From a virus (Duplodnaviria; Caudoviricetes), in IMG/VR virus record IMGVR_UViG_3300042695_001243, positions 182 to 64,181 of that record: DNA of 64,000 nucleotides. One strand, 5' to 3'. The position numbers and the translations under genes were made by a program. The first letter of the stretch is position 1, and the number at the start of each line of letters is the position of its first letter. This document shows, piece by piece, positions 45,992 to 55,748 of this stretch. Under the pieces are notes generated by a model. That model was not told the origin of the DNA and did no database searches. It worked only from the letters and a program-made list of their open reading frames with translations.

Positions 45992-47461
45992 ATGCTCCAA
46001 CAACTTGACACCGCAGACAGCGTGCGCCGCGAGGTTGCCCCCCGCACCGACCGGAAGCACAAGTCCGAGCTGGGCCAGTTCATGACTCCTTCGAGCGTGG
46101 CCCGCTTCATGGCGGGCCTGTTCCCGCCCAGCACCCTGCAGACCTGCCGCCTACTGGACGCAGGTGCGGGCGTGGGTGCGTTGTCCTGCGCCTTTCTCGA
46201 CCGCTGGGTGACGGGCGGCTTTGGCTTTGAGTCCGTCGAGGCGACGGCCTACGAGATCGACGAGAAGCTGCGCGGCCACCTTGCGCAGCACTTGGCCGGA
46301 TACAGCCGCGTGACGCCCCGCATCATCGCGGGCGATTACATCGAGCTGGCGACCGCCGAAGCTCTGCAGGATCGAGGCTATACCCATGCGATCCTCAATC
46401 CTCCCTACAAGAAGATCAACAGCCAATCAGCCCACCGGCTGGCCCTGCGCACTGTCGGCATCGAGACGGTGAATCTGTATTCCGCCTTTGTCGCGCTGGC
46501 CGTGGGCGAGGCAGCGCCGGGCGGGCAGATCGTGGCCATCATTCCGCGCAGCTTCTGCAACGGGCCGTATTACCGCCCGTTCCGTGACTTCATCCTTGAG
46601 CGGGCGGCGATCCGCCTCATACACCTGTTCGAGTCGCGCAACAAGGCTTTCAGGGATGACGAAGTGCTGCAGGAAAACATCATCATCCGCCTGGAGCGTG
46701 GCGGCAAGCAGGGGCCGGTCACGGTCACGACTTCGACCGATGACAGCTTTTCCGACCTGACCACCCATGAACACCCGTTCGACCGGATCGTGTTCCCGGA
46801 TGACCCGGAGCGGTTCATTCATGTGCCGACCACCACCGAGAAAAGCGCCATCGAGCTATCGCGCGCCGTGCGCTACTCGCTGGCCGACATAGGCGTGAAG
46901 GTATCGACCGGGCCGGTAGTCGATTTCCGGCTGAAAGCGCACCTGCGCGACATGCCAGAGGCGGGCACCGTGCCCCTGATCTACCCCGGCCACTTGAGCA
47001 TGACTGGCACCGTCTGGCCCGTGCCGGGGTTGAAGAACCCCAACGCGATCATGCGCAACGACGAGACGGAAAAGTGGCTTTACCCGAACGGGTTTTATTG
47101 CGTGGTGCGCCGCTTCTCATCGAAGGAGGAAAAACGCCGCGTGGTGGCAAGCATCGTTGATCCTGCCGCCTTTGGCGATCATTCCGTGCTGGCGTTCGAG
47201 AACCACATGAACCTGTTTCACGAGGACAAACACGGCTTGCCTGAGGCGCTGGCCCGTGGGCTGGCTGTGTTCCTCAACACGACCGCAGTAGATGAGCATT
47301 TCCGGCGCTTCAACGGCCATACGCAGGTCAATGCAACCGACCTCAAGCTGATGAAGTACCCGAGCCGTGACACCCTGACCGAGCTTGGCACGTGGGCCAT
47401 GCAGCAAGGAACGCTCACGCAAGAACAGATCGACACCACGCTAGGAACCCTGACCGCATGA
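45992..47461 (+). CDS. Type II N6-adenine methyltransferase, PstI/BsuBI-like
   Basis: GQFMTP, DAGAGVG, NPPY, GHTQVNATDL motifs. Confidence 0.9.
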   Translation: MLQQLDTADSVRREVAPRTDRKHKSELGQFMTPSSVARFMAGLFPPSTLQTCRLLDAGAGVGALSCAFLDRWVTGGFGFESVEATAYEIDEKLRGHLAQHLAGYSRVTPRIIAGDYIELATAEALQDRGYTHAILNPPYKKINSQSAHRLALRTVGIETVNLYSAFVALAVGEAAPGGQIVAIIPRSFCNGPYYRPFRDFILERAAIRLIHLFESRNKAFRDDEVLQENIIIRLERGGKQGPVTVTTSTDDSFSDLTTHEHPFDRIVFPDDPERFIHVPTTTEKSAIELSRAVRYSLADIGVKVSTGPVVDFRLKAHLRDMPEAGTVPLIYPGHLSMTGTVWPVPGLKNPNAIMRNDETEKWLYPNGFYCVVRRFSSKEEKRRVVASIVDPAAFGDHSVLAFENHMNLFHEDKHGLPEALARGLAVFLNTTAVDEHFRRFNGHTQVNATDLKLMKYPSRDTLTELGTWAMQQGTLTQEQIDTTLGTLTA

Positions 47462-48408
47462 ACAACCAAAACGACTACATCGAGGCCGCGCAGCAAATCA
47501 TCGTTTCCTTGGGCCTGCCCCGAGCGCAGCAGAACGAGCGTTCCGCCCTGTGCCTGCTGGCCCTCCTGAACCTCACGCCGGGCAAGGCATGGGCCGACGC
47601 GGAAACCCCGCTTGTGGGCATCACGCCAAGCATGGATTGGGCACGGGAGCACTACGGCAAGGAGTACGCGCCCAACACCCGCGAGACATTCCGCCGTCAG
47701 TCCATGCACCAGTTCTGCGACGCTGGCGTGGCCCTCTACAACCCGGACAAGCCCGACCGCCCGGTGAATAGCCCGAAGGCCGTTTATCAGATCGAACCCG
47801 CCGCGCTGGCCCTGCTGCGCACCTTCGGCACCCCGGCATGGCATGACAGCCTCGCCGCCTATCTGGCCGAGCGTGAAACGCTGGTTGCCCGCTACGCCAA
47901 GGAGCGCGAGCAGAACCGCATCCCGGTTGAGATTGCACCGGGCCAGCAAATCACCCTCAGCCCCGGCGAGCACAGCGAACTGATCCGGGCCATCATCGAG
48001 GACTTCGCCCCGCGCTTTGCGCCGGGTAGCGTGCTGGTCTATGCCGGCGACACGGGCGACAAGTGGGGCTACTTCGACGCCGCCCTGCTGGCCGGCCTGG
48101 GTGTCGATGTGGATTCACACGGCAAGATGCCTGACGTGGTGCTGCACTTCACCGCGAAAAACTGGCTGCTACTGGTGGAGTCTGTCACCAGTCACGGGCC
48201 CGTCGATGGGAAGCGGCACGCCGAGCTTGCCAAGCTGTTTGCAGGATCGACTGCCGGGCTGGTCTATGTGACCGCCTTCCCGAACCGGGCCATCATGGGC
48301 CGCTACCTTGGGGAAATCGCATGGGAAACCGAGGTATGGGTGGCCGATGCGCCCTCGCACCTGATCCATTTCAACGGCGTGCGCTTTCTCGGTCCATATG
48401 AAAAGTGA
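47458..48408 (+). CDS. BsuBI/PstI-family restriction endonuclease
   Basis: YAPNTRETFRRQ, HGKMPDVV, ESVTSHGP, IAWETEVW; ATGA-coupled to methylase. Confidence 0.9.
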   Translation: MNNQNDYIEAAQQIIVSLGLPRAQQNERSALCLLALLNLTPGKAWADAETPLVGITPSMDWAREHYGKEYAPNTRETFRRQSMHQFCDAGVALYNPDKPDRPVNSPKAVYQIEPAALALLRTFGTPAWHDSLAAYLAERETLVARYAKEREQNRIPVEIAPGQQITLSPGEHSELIRAIIEDFAPRFAPGSVLVYAGDTGDKWGYFDAALLAGLGVDVDSHGKMPDVVLHFTAKNWLLLVESVTSHGPVDGKRHAELAKLFAGSTAGLVYVTAFPNRAIMGRYLGEIAWETEVWVADAPSHLIHFNGVRFLGPYEK

Positions 48409-48415
48409 GACCGCG

Positions 48416-48967
48416 CTACACAAGCTCAAGCTGTCGGGTGTCCATGCCCAGCTTGCACTCCAAAGCTGCAATGCGCTTGCGAGCCTCCTTGAGTTCGCGC
48501 GCTACCTCAGCGGCAATCCTCACGCCTTTGTTTGCAGCATCGGTCTCAGCAAGCTCGTGCAAGTTGCCGGCGAAATCGCGGGCCACGGCCCTGGCTTCAT
48601 CAGGCGTTAGCTCCAGCATGTCGCTACCGACTTCAAGTTTGACCAGGCCATTCGGTAGGGTGGTCTTACTGATGGGTCGCGCAGCCGGAAACTGCTCGAC
48701 AACCTCCAGCTCTCCGTTTCCGGCTCGGCGAATCTGATCGCGCTCGATGAAGCGGTCAACATGGTCGTCAACAATGCCAGGCTTGAGGCCCGTTAAACCG
48801 GCCAACGCGCTGCGATTGATGCGGCGGTTTGTGTTGCGCAACTCCAGCGCGGCCTGCCAGATTCGGTGGGAATTGGCAAAGCGGTCCCTTTTCGGCTCGC
48901 CATTCGGCGCAAGCTCGGGCATTTGTTGTGCCGTTGCCGGGGTCGTTTTGTGCAAAGTCGTGGTCAT
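48416..48967 (-). CDS. Winged-HTH-like protein; candidate late-gene activator
   Basis: RSALAGLTGLKPGIVDDHV HTH-like segment; last gene of the replication operon. Confidence 0.55.
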   Translation of the reverse strand: MTTTLHKTTPATAQQMPELAPNGEPKRDRFANSHRIWQAALELRNTNRRINRSALAGLTGLKPGIVDDHVDRFIERDQIRRAGNGELEVVEQFPAARPISKTTLPNGLVKLEVGSDMLELTPDEARAVARDFAGNLHELAETDAANKGVRIAAEVARELKEARKRIAALECKLGMDTRQLELV

Positions 48968-49047
48968 TCAGTGGACTCCTGGGTATCATTGCGAGTGCTC
49001 AGGTCGCAAGATCGGGAGGCCCGCCACAGTGCGGGCTTTCTTTTTTG

Positions 49048-49509
49048 TCAGTCAGGCACGGGCACCCCTTTGGGCCAGATACCAAGTGCCAGCAGCTTGC
49101 GGCGCGTGTCAGCGGCCCACACGGGCTCCAGCACACGGCGCACCGCTTTGCTGTATAGGGCACCCTGGTCGATGGCTGCATGGCAGCCCTGCGTCCCCGG
49201 CCTCGGGCCACATGCGGGGAAACACGTCAAGTCACAAGCCTTAACGCCCGCGCCCTTGCCCTGGTTAGCATGCGCGGCCTGGGAATAGCCATACACACCA
49301 CAGATAGCGCACGGCAGGCTGGCCACCGCTCGGCGCAGTGCCTCGCTACGCACGGGGGCGGCCTTGGGCACCTGGGCGGCGGGCGCGGTATCAACAGGCA
49401 TCGGCGCGCGGAAAGCTCCAGCCGTCACCGTGGGTGTGCTGCGCACCCGGTCGGGGTCGCGCTCTTTGCGCTGCGGCGCGCGGGGTTTGAACCCGGTGCG
49501 GCGCATCAC
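49048..49509 (-). CDS. Zn-binding nuclease-like protein (DUF968/Ref-like)
   Basis: VASLPCAICG..SQAAHAN..C..CH motif. Confidence 0.65.
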   Translation of the reverse strand: MMRRTGFKPRAPQRKERDPDRVRSTPTVTAGAFRAPMPVDTAPAAQVPKAAPVRSEALRRAVASLPCAICGVYGYSQAAHANQGKGAGVKACDLTCFPACGPRPGTQGCHAAIDQGALYSKAVRRVLEPVWAADTRRKLLALGIWPKGVPVPD

Positions 49510-50027
49510 TCGTTGAACCCCTGCAAAATCGTTTCAACCATCGTGATGCGGTCGATCGGCGACAGATGGCGCCACAGCGTCTGGCCGGCGTGCTCGGTGC
49601 GCAGGAATGCCACGGAATCGTTGTGAAACTGCTCCATGGCGCCCTGCTCCATCTTGGCGTAGCTGATGGAACGGGGAACCGGGATCAATCCGCCATTGGG
49701 CCCCGGATACCAGTCAACGAGCGCTGCGCCAACTTTCAGCCATGTGCGGAAGCTCTCGAAGTCATCAAAGAGGTCTTGCGCTTCAAAAACAGACTGCTCC
49801 AGGGCCATGTGCTTGCGGTGGTACCAGCCCAGCCGGGGCTGTACAGTGGTAATGCCAACCATTTCGCCGGGCTCCAGCCGCAGAAGGCCATTCCAAAGGC
49901 GGCGCCACTGCTTGCGTCCACGGTCACCAAGGCCATCCACAATGCCAAATATCACGCGGCGCGCAGCCTCAGCGTCCTTGGGGTCGATGGGGGCCGCGTC
50001 CTGGCGTACAAGGGTGATTTCAGGCAC
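49506..50027 (-). CDS. NinB/DUF1367-like protein
   Basis: FRTWLKVGA..PRSISYAKM motif. Confidence 0.65.
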   Translation of the reverse strand: MPEITLVRQDAAPIDPKDAEAARRVIFGIVDGLGDRGRKQWRRLWNGLLRLEPGEMVGITTVQPRLGWYHRKHMALEQSVFEAQDLFDDFESFRTWLKVGAALVDWYPGPNGGLIPVPRSISYAKMEQGAMEQFHNDSVAFLRTEHAGQTLWRHLSPIDRITMVETILQGFNE

Positions 50028-50373
50028 GTCGCACCTCCACCCGCACCATCCCGCCCACCTCGTCGGCTTTGGAAACCGTCAGGCTCCAATGCTTGTCGTC
50101 CACCCCCAGCACATCGGCCAGTCCGTCCAAGCCGCTTTTGATGCGGGCAAGACAGTTGTCCAAGTCATGCGCTCGGCGGTTCGGCGGGACAAAAACCAGC
50201 GTCAGGTGCAGGCGCTCGGCCTCAATGCGTGTTGCGCCCTGCTCTATCGCCGCCCAGCCACATGCAGCGCGGTAAGCCTTTTTTGCGCGGGCCAACCTGC
50301 TCCAGTGGACCCGGCTGTTCGGACTCAGGTCAGTCGGTGGCCATGGGAGCGCCAATCGCAGTGGATCAGACAT
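50020..50373 (-). CDS. RusA-like Holliday junction resolvase
   Basis: LPWPP..SPN, DLDN..K..LDGLAD..VDD motifs. Confidence 0.85.
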   Translation of the reverse strand: MSDPLRLALPWPPTDLSPNSRVHWSRLARAKKAYRAACGWAAIEQGATRIEAERLHLTLVFVPPNRRAHDLDNCLARIKSGLDGLADVLGVDDKHWSLTVSKADEVGGMVRVEVRRA

Positions 50374-50392
50374 TGCCAAACTCCTGTGATAG

Positions 50393-50647
50393 TCATGCTG
50401 CCGCCCCGGTTTTGAACTTCTTGATAGCGCTCCAAAAAAACGTTTCCAGCAAATCCGTGCTCAATGTGTAGGGGATTGCAAAGTGCATATCAAAGCCATC
50501 CAAAGACGAAAGCTCAAATTCCCAAAAATCGCTTTCCTCATTCCCTGTTGCGTAGGCCCAGGCTGGATGGAACCCAGGAAATTCCATTTCGAGCGAAGCG
50601 CAACCATCTGAGTCATAGAGAATTCGGAAGCGGTATTCATTGCTCAT
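50393..50647 (-). CDS. Hypothetical protein
   Basis: ATGA overlap; in operon. Confidence 0.5.
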   Translation of the reverse strand: MSNEYRFRILYDSDGCASLEMEFPGFHPAWAYATGNEESDFWEFELSSLDGFDMHFAIPYTLSTDLLETFFWSAIKKFKTGAAA

Positions 50648-50840
50648 CACTTCCCCCCTTCTTGTTGAGCCAAACCACCCTTGCATTCACCACATCCTCG
50701 ACAGCCTGCTTGTGCTGTTGGCATGTGTGCTGGGGCGGTAGGTATGTCCAGCGCTTGCCCTTCAGGCAGATTGCAAAGCCGTAGCGGGCCATTTGGCCGG
50801 ATTGCTTTGGTGCCCAATGAAGACAGGTTGAACAGTCCAT
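50637..50840 (-). CDS. Small Cys-rich protein
   Basis: CSTC..C..C pattern; in operon. Confidence 0.5.
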   Translation of the reverse strand: MDCSTCLHWAPKQSGQMARYGFAICLKGKRWTYLPPQHTCQQHKQAVEDVVNARVVWLNKKGGSDEQ

Positions 50841-51809
50841 TCATGCTGTCTCCCTGTGCGGCCAGTTTCGGAAATACATCAACGGGTCGTTCGGGTCGCC
50901 TTTGAACTGCTTGGAGTCCCTGTCAAACCACAGCCGAATCGTGGGTTCGTCTTCGCCGTTGCGCTGCTTTCGGCAAAGAATTGCGGCGTCATGCTCTTGC
51001 AGCTTGGCAGAAGCGCGGCCCTTGGCCTTCACGTCATCCTCTTTGCCCTTGTTGCGCCACACCAGCATGAGGTTGTCCACCAGATCAGTGATAGCGCCTG
51101 AGCCCTTGGTGTCGTGCTTATCGGGAATGTCCGTTTCCTTCGCTGGCTTGCGAAGGTGGTGGATCAGGTGGATATGCACGTTGTTGTCACGCGCCAGGGC
51201 GGTCAGTTCGTCCACAAACGACTTCTGGCCGTTGTAGTCGTCCTCACCCATGACGCACTTCATCAGGCTGTCAATCACGATGTGCGTGACGCCCAGCTCC
51301 TTCGCGCAGTAGCGGGCCATGCCCAGCACATGATTCGCAGAGACGGTGCCTTGACGGTCATAAACCCACAGGCGGTTATCAGTCCATTCGCCAAATTCCC
51401 GGTATAGATCCGTGAGGGCCTCCACACCCGCTTCGCCTTGGTACTCAGGGCTGAACGGGTTTGTTTGGGCATACATGCGGCTCATCATTGCCAGCGTGGT
51501 TCCAGGCTTCATTTCAAAGCTTCCCACCACAACCTTTTCCTCTTGGCCCATCAGCGAAAGCACCACCTGTGAAACAACTTGGGTTTTGCCGTGGCCGTTT
51601 TGCCCCGCCCACAAAGTCACTTCGCCTGGCCGAAAGGCAAACAGGCCGTGTGTCTGCTCCCATGGCAAACAAACTTTCTTCGTGCGGTCAGGGTTCTGAA
51701 GTTTGAAGATCAGTTCATCCATCCATAGGGATGCAGGCTTGACGTTTGCGGCGGCGTCTGTCTCGCGCTCGTACATCGCAAAGTCGATTTCGTCAGACAG
51801 GAAATGCAT
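50841..51809 (-). CDS. DnaB-like (SF4) helicase
   Basis: GQNGHGKT Walker A, HIVIDSL, KGSGAITDLVDN, KQRNG. Confidence 0.88.
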   Translation of the reverse strand: MHFLSDEIDFAMYERETDAAANVKPASLWMDELIFKLQNPDRTKKVCLPWEQTHGLFAFRPGEVTLWAGQNGHGKTQVVSQVVLSLMGQEEKVVVGSFEMKPGTTLAMMSRMYAQTNPFSPEYQGEAGVEALTDLYREFGEWTDNRLWVYDRQGTVSANHVLGMARYCAKELGVTHIVIDSLMKCVMGEDDYNGQKSFVDELTALARDNNVHIHLIHHLRKPAKETDIPDKHDTKGSGAITDLVDNLMLVWRNKGKEDDVKAKGRASAKLQEHDAAILCRKQRNGEDEPTIRLWFDRDSKQFKGDPNDPLMYFRNWPHRETA

Positions 51810-52137
51810 TGATCGTCCTCATGATTTTTTTCAGCAGTTGCGTGTGCTTGTCATTGATGCCCACGACACCGGCATGGCTTGCAACTCCGATGGATTTGGG
51901 TTTGGCGGCTTCGATGCAGTCCAGCGTCTCCAGCAGTAGGGCGGTGTTGTTGCCGACCTCCACCAGATCCACATGCAGACTGACCACTGCGCGCCAGTCG
52001 ATGGTTTTTGGGTTGCGCTCCACCACCATGACGTCCGGTTTTTGCGTGACGTATTTCGGCGGCTTGCCCACGTAAACCCACACAGAGCGGGGCGAAAGAC
52101 CATTGCGGCGCATGGCCGCGAGTGCTTGCGTTGCCAT
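51793..52137 (-). CDS. Hypothetical replication-region protein
   Basis: TGATG-coupled to replication gene. Confidence 0.6.
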   Translation of the reverse strand: MATQALAAMRRNGLSPRSVWVYVGKPPKYVTQKPDVMVVERNPKTIDWRAVVSLHVDLVEVGNNTALLLETLDCIEAAKPKSIGVASHAGVVGINDKHTQLLKKIMRTINAFPV

Positions 52138-52916
52138 CAGTTCACCGCCCCTGCCCAGACGTCACCAGCAGGCACCGCCCTTCGCCCAGGCTGCGCCCGC
52201 TGGTTGCGAACCCAATTTCGCCAAGTCGCCTGCCAATCGGCCTTGCGCCCGTCCTTTCCGGGTTTGGCAATCCAAAAGTCGTGAAACGATTCGGCCACCG
52301 TCACCACATCAACGTCCGGGCGTTCTTTCAAAGCCCAGGTTTTCCAGTCGTCAGGCAGTTCCCAGTCTTTCGGCAACGCCGTGCCTCGTGGCGACTTCGC
52401 AGAAGGCGCTTCTTTATCTTGTTCCTGTTCCTGTTCCTGTTCCTGTTCTTGGCTTCGTAGGGGCTTTGAAGGGGCTTCGGAGGGGCTTGCTTTTTTGGCC
52501 TGATCTGGCAGGTGAAACGCTACGGAATAGATAGCAAAGAATGCAGATTTGATAATGGCAGAACCAATGTTTTGCCACTCACGCTCAACACCTTTGATGC
52601 GGTTGTCTCCGGGCTTCAGAGACTCTGCAACCTGATATGCCGCCATGCGGTGCACAAAAACGGTCTCCGAAGCCTCGTCGTAGGTGCAATACTTGGCTTC
52701 GATGAGGCTTTGAAGGGCCTTGGAAGCCCCTTCCATGCCCAGGCCGGTTTCGTGTGCCATATACAAAACCGGGCAGTGAAACACGCCGATCATGTTGGCG
52801 TGCGGGCAGGTCATCAGGTACAGCGCCAGAACCTGAGCAGGAGCATTCCCGCGCAGTGCTTTGCCTGTTTCCCCGATCCAGAACTTGGGTGATACAACGC
52901 CGTAATCGCGCATCAT
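52137..52916 (-). CDS. Replication initiator protein with probable internal origin
   Basis: N-terminal wHTH, QEQEQE linker, K.DWQATWRNWVR; GGGGCTT iteron-like repeats ~52460-52490. Confidence 0.8.
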   Translation of the reverse strand: MMRDYGVVSPKFWIGETGKALRGNAPAQVLALYLMTCPHANMIGVFHCPVLYMAHETGLGMEGASKALQSLIEAKYCTYDEASETVFVHRMAAYQVAESLKPGDNRIKGVEREWQNIGSAIIKSAFFAIYSVAFHLPDQAKKASPSEAPSKPLRSQEQEQEQEQEQDKEAPSAKSPRGTALPKDWELPDDWKTWALKERPDVDVVTVAESFHDFWIAKPGKDGRKADWQATWRNWVRNQRAQPGRRAVPAGDVWAGAVN

Positions 52917-53110
52917 GCATCTCCAATCGAGGGGCACATTGCAAAGCGTGCAGCCTTGCGCGCTTCGGTCTGGGCGTGCATTTCTTTCATGTGTCGGCGC
53001 GCAGAATCTCGGTCGCCCACGGCCATAGCAATCTGCAACTCAATGCCCGCTACCTGCGCTGACAATTCGCGGCGCTTGTCGATCAATTTGGCCAGTTCGG
53101 TATCGGTCAT
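52913..53110 (-). CDS. Hypothetical protein
   Basis: AGGGG RBS; ATGA overlap with initiator. Confidence 0.55.
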   Translation of the reverse strand: MTDTELAKLIDKRRELSAQVAGIELQIAMAVGDRDSARRHMKEMHAQTEARKAARFAMCPSIGDA

Positions 53111-53111
53111 T

Positions 53112-53360
53112 TCATCCCCTGCCAATAGCGCGGCGGCGGTCGTTGCTGGCCCGCCCTTGCTCTCGGTTTTCGATGGTGATAGCGCCCAACGTGCGCGGGG
53201 CCAGGTTCACCGTGCGGCGGCCATTTCTGTCCATCAATGCTTGATGAACGTTTCCCGAAGCCGGGGCCGCGCTGCTGTTTTTGACCCTGGGCGGGATCAC
53301 AGGGATGTCAAGGTCGGGGCCACGGGGGCGCACCGATTCAAAGGCGTTTTTGACTGTCAT
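53112..53360 (-). CDS. Hypothetical protein
   Basis: GAGG RBS; in operon. Confidence 0.45.
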   Translation of the reverse strand: MTVKNAFESVRPRGPDLDIPVIPPRVKNSSAAPASGNVHQALMDRNGRRTVNLAPRTLGAITIENREQGRASNDRRRAIGRG

Positions 53361-53449
53361 GGCGAGCCCTCAAATCGTGCAAGTTGCGTGGTCGAGCTTG
53401 CCCAAAGGCCCGGAGATGCCGCGAGCGAATGCGGGCGTGTCGTTAGGCG

Positions 53450-53872
53450 CCATGTGTGGCCTCTTTTTGTTGGGTGCCGCCCACTTCCGGCATACGATGG
53501 GATTTCTCACACAACCATCGCCAGAAAGGGCAGGCATGCAATTAACAATCGAACAACTTTTCGCCACGGTTACTCCGTTGGTGGTGGCTCTTCACGAGAA
53601 GGGCGTGCTGGACATTGCGGAGGTTCCCCACTACTACCAGGACGCGGTTGTGCGTCGCAAGGACTTGGGGGCAACGAACGCCGATGTGGCGTTTCAGCAG
53701 GAGTTGGTGGCTGGCTTCCAGCGTCTTGCAGAGGTGGTGAAAGCGGGGGGAGGAAACCAACCGACCTGAGCATTGCGTCGGAAACGGAGAAAGCACCAGC
53801 CGCAATCCGATCAGCAGCGGCCTCCAGCGTTGGGTTGAAACGTTCAACCATGTGTGACCTCTTTTTGTTGGG
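53450..53872. repeat. 25-bp direct repeat (1 mismatch) at 53450-53474 and 53848-53872
   Basis: CCATGTGTG(G/A)CCTCTTTTTGTTGGG; contains RBS+ATG on minus strand. Confidence 0.8.
53535..53769 (+). CDS. Counter-oriented small moron protein (MQLTIEQLF...; start approximate)
   Basis: AAAGG RBS; TACGAT -10-like hexamer upstream; protein-like composition. Confidence 0.6.
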
Positions 53873-54116
53873 CACACCCTTCAGGACGTACAGCATCAGG
53901 TTCGCAATCTGCGCTGAGCTGCGTCAGGGTCGCCAAAAACACCTTTGCAACAGCTTTGCCAAACCCTTCTGGGTCTGAGTGCGGAGCCGTTGCCATGTGC
54001 TCGCGCGCCCATAGCAGGGCGGCGTCGCGGGCTACTTCACGCAGCGTGCCTGCAACGAGGGAGTTCTCATTCCAAACGAAGGGAGACGCTGGCAGGGTTT
54101 TGTTCGAGTCGGTCAT
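53844..54116 (-). CDS. Hypothetical protein
   Basis: GAGG RBS. Confidence 0.55.
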   Translation of the reverse strand: MTDSNKTLPASPFVWNENSLVAGTLREVARDAALLWAREHMATAPHSDPEGFGKAVAKVFLATLTQLSADCEPDAVRPEGCAQQKEVTHG

Positions 54117-54217
54117 GTGCTACCTCTGGGTTGGTTTGCTTGCGAGTGCTGCGGCAATGTGCAGGGCAGGCAAGGTGCGGCGGGGGGGCTGGTCGGGTGC
54201 GATGTGGGTGTCATCCC

Positions 54218-54427
54218 TCACCCTCCCTCATGCGCGCCGGCCAATCCCTCGCGTCGAAGGATTCCTTGCAGCACACTGGCAGCATGGATTTCATTCATCG
54301 CCCACTTGTGCAATACATCCCGCACCACTTCGGACTTGTCCTTTCCGGTGGCGCGGTGGATTGCTTCGAGCACAGCGTCGGCTTCTGGTGTGACCTTGGC
54401 GCGGAGGTCAATCAGTGGCAGGCTCAT
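54218..54427 (-). CDS. CII-position small regulator (RHH-like)
   Basis: Directly after cro; DKSEVVRDVL pattern. Confidence 0.6.
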   Translation of the reverse strand: MSLPLIDLRAKVTPEADAVLEAIHRATGKDKSEVVRDVLHKWAMNEIHAASVLQGILRREGLAGAHEGG

Positions 54428-54676
54428 TTAGACAGCCTCCGTAGCTTCGGTGGTAGCCGTATCGAGGTCGGGCCAAATCAGATGAAAGTCATCCGGGCGC
54501 AGGTCGCGGCGCGTGACGGCGCCGTTCGTAGCGCGCTCAATGGCCAGGCAGTGCGCAGCGGGAACGCGGCGGTTCTCAGCTTTCCACTGACTAACCGCGC
54601 CTTTGCTTATGCCAAGCGCTGCCGCCAGGGCGGTCTGTGAGCCGATGATGTCGGCGGCCTTGACAATTGGGTGCAT
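54428..54676 (-). CDS. cro: Cro-like (YdaS-type) repressor
   Basis: GSQTALAAALGISKGAVSQW..IERAT.GAVTR.DLRPD; divergent from cI. Confidence 0.88.
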   Translation of the reverse strand: MHPIVKAADIIGSQTALAAALGISKGAVSQWKAENRRVPAAHCLAIERATNGAVTRRDLRPDDFHLIWPDLDTATTEATEAV

Positions 54677-54686
54677 CGAAGATCCT

Positions 54687-54773
54687 GTTCAGAATTTCGA
54701 TACAAGTATAGAACCACCACACCAACCTCGTCAAGTAATTCAACACCCAATCCGTTTAGATATTCTTTACATT
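54687..54773. promoter_or_regulatory. OR region: four 17-bp operators, pR and pRM
   Basis: Sites at 54687, 54706, 54730, 54754 resemble GTATAGA-N3-TCTATAC; TTGACG-18-TATACT on minus strand; TACATT 6 nt before cI ATG. Confidence 0.75.
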
Positions 54774-54779
54774 CCAGAC

Positions 54780-55643
54780 ATGACAGACATGACGATGAAC
54801 GAGTGGGTACGTCAAGCCCGACAGCACGCGCGCATGACACAGGACGAGCTCGCGGAGAAGATGGAGATGTCGAAAGGCAATGTGTCTGGCTGGGAAAACG
54901 GCCGACACAAACCCAGCTTTGAGCAGATGAAACGGATTTCCTCTTTAACGGGTTTTCCTCTGCCGATTGATGGGGCGGCCAATGTCACACCTGCGCCTAT
55001 CGGGGAACCCTGGGTTGACAGCGACCATCCCCGCGCTCAGTTTGTCGGCCTCATGCAGTCATTAGCGGAGAGCACCACAAAAGACCCCGCCAGACTCAAG
55101 CGAATGCGCGAGGAAATCATTACCAAATTGAGAATTGAGAGCAACTCACAAAAGATCGTCAGTGAAGGCAGCATTGCGGCGCAGCCGCTTACTCCATCAC
55201 CTAGCCCAGGTGCGCCCGAGGTGCGGGTTCCCCTGCTGGCCAACTCCGGCAGCATGGGAATGGGGAGCGACCTACAGCATGACGACGTGCTTGTAGGTCA
55301 TATCGCGTTGTCAGAGCTATGGGTGATGAGGCGACTGCGGCCAACCAACGCATCAGCGCTTCGGTTCATCCATGCCTATGGCGACAGCATGAGCCCAACC
55401 TTTGAGGATGGTGACATCTTGCTAGTGGATACAGGGATGCGCGATCCAAAAACGGTAGACGGCGTGTACGTCATGGCAGCCAATGAACGCGTCTACATCA
55501 AGCGCGTCCGACAGCGAATGGACGGCGCCATGGAAATCAGTAGCGACAACATCACGGTCAAAACCGTGGATGTACTCAACGGAGACCACGCCATCGAAAT
55601 TCTTGGGCGCGTGGTTTGGTGCTGGAACGGGCGAAAACTCTAG
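54780..55643 (+). CDS. cI: CI-like repressor (XRE HTH + S24 peptidase)
   Basis: MTQDELA..VSGWENG; GDSMSPT Ser and YIKRV Lys. Confidence 0.92.
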   Translation: MTDMTMNEWVRQARQHARMTQDELAEKMEMSKGNVSGWENGRHKPSFEQMKRISSLTGFPLPIDGAANVTPAPIGEPWVDSDHPRAQFVGLMQSLAESTTKDPARLKRMREEIITKLRIESNSQKIVSEGSIAAQPLTPSPSPGAPEVRVPLLANSGSMGMGSDLQHDDVLVGHIALSELWVMRRLRPTNASALRFIHAYGDSMSPTFEDGDILLVDTGMRDPKTVDGVYVMAANERVYIKRVRQRMDGAMEISSDNITVKTVDVLNGDHAIEILGRVVWCWNGRKL

Positions 55644-55748
55644 TGGATTACAGAAAGTGCAGGCCGGACTTACAGCGACCGAGGATCACAAGTGGAAGAC
55701 GCTGGTGGATGTGAGGGAGTGCCGGAGATCCCGGCAAAAGGAAAACAA

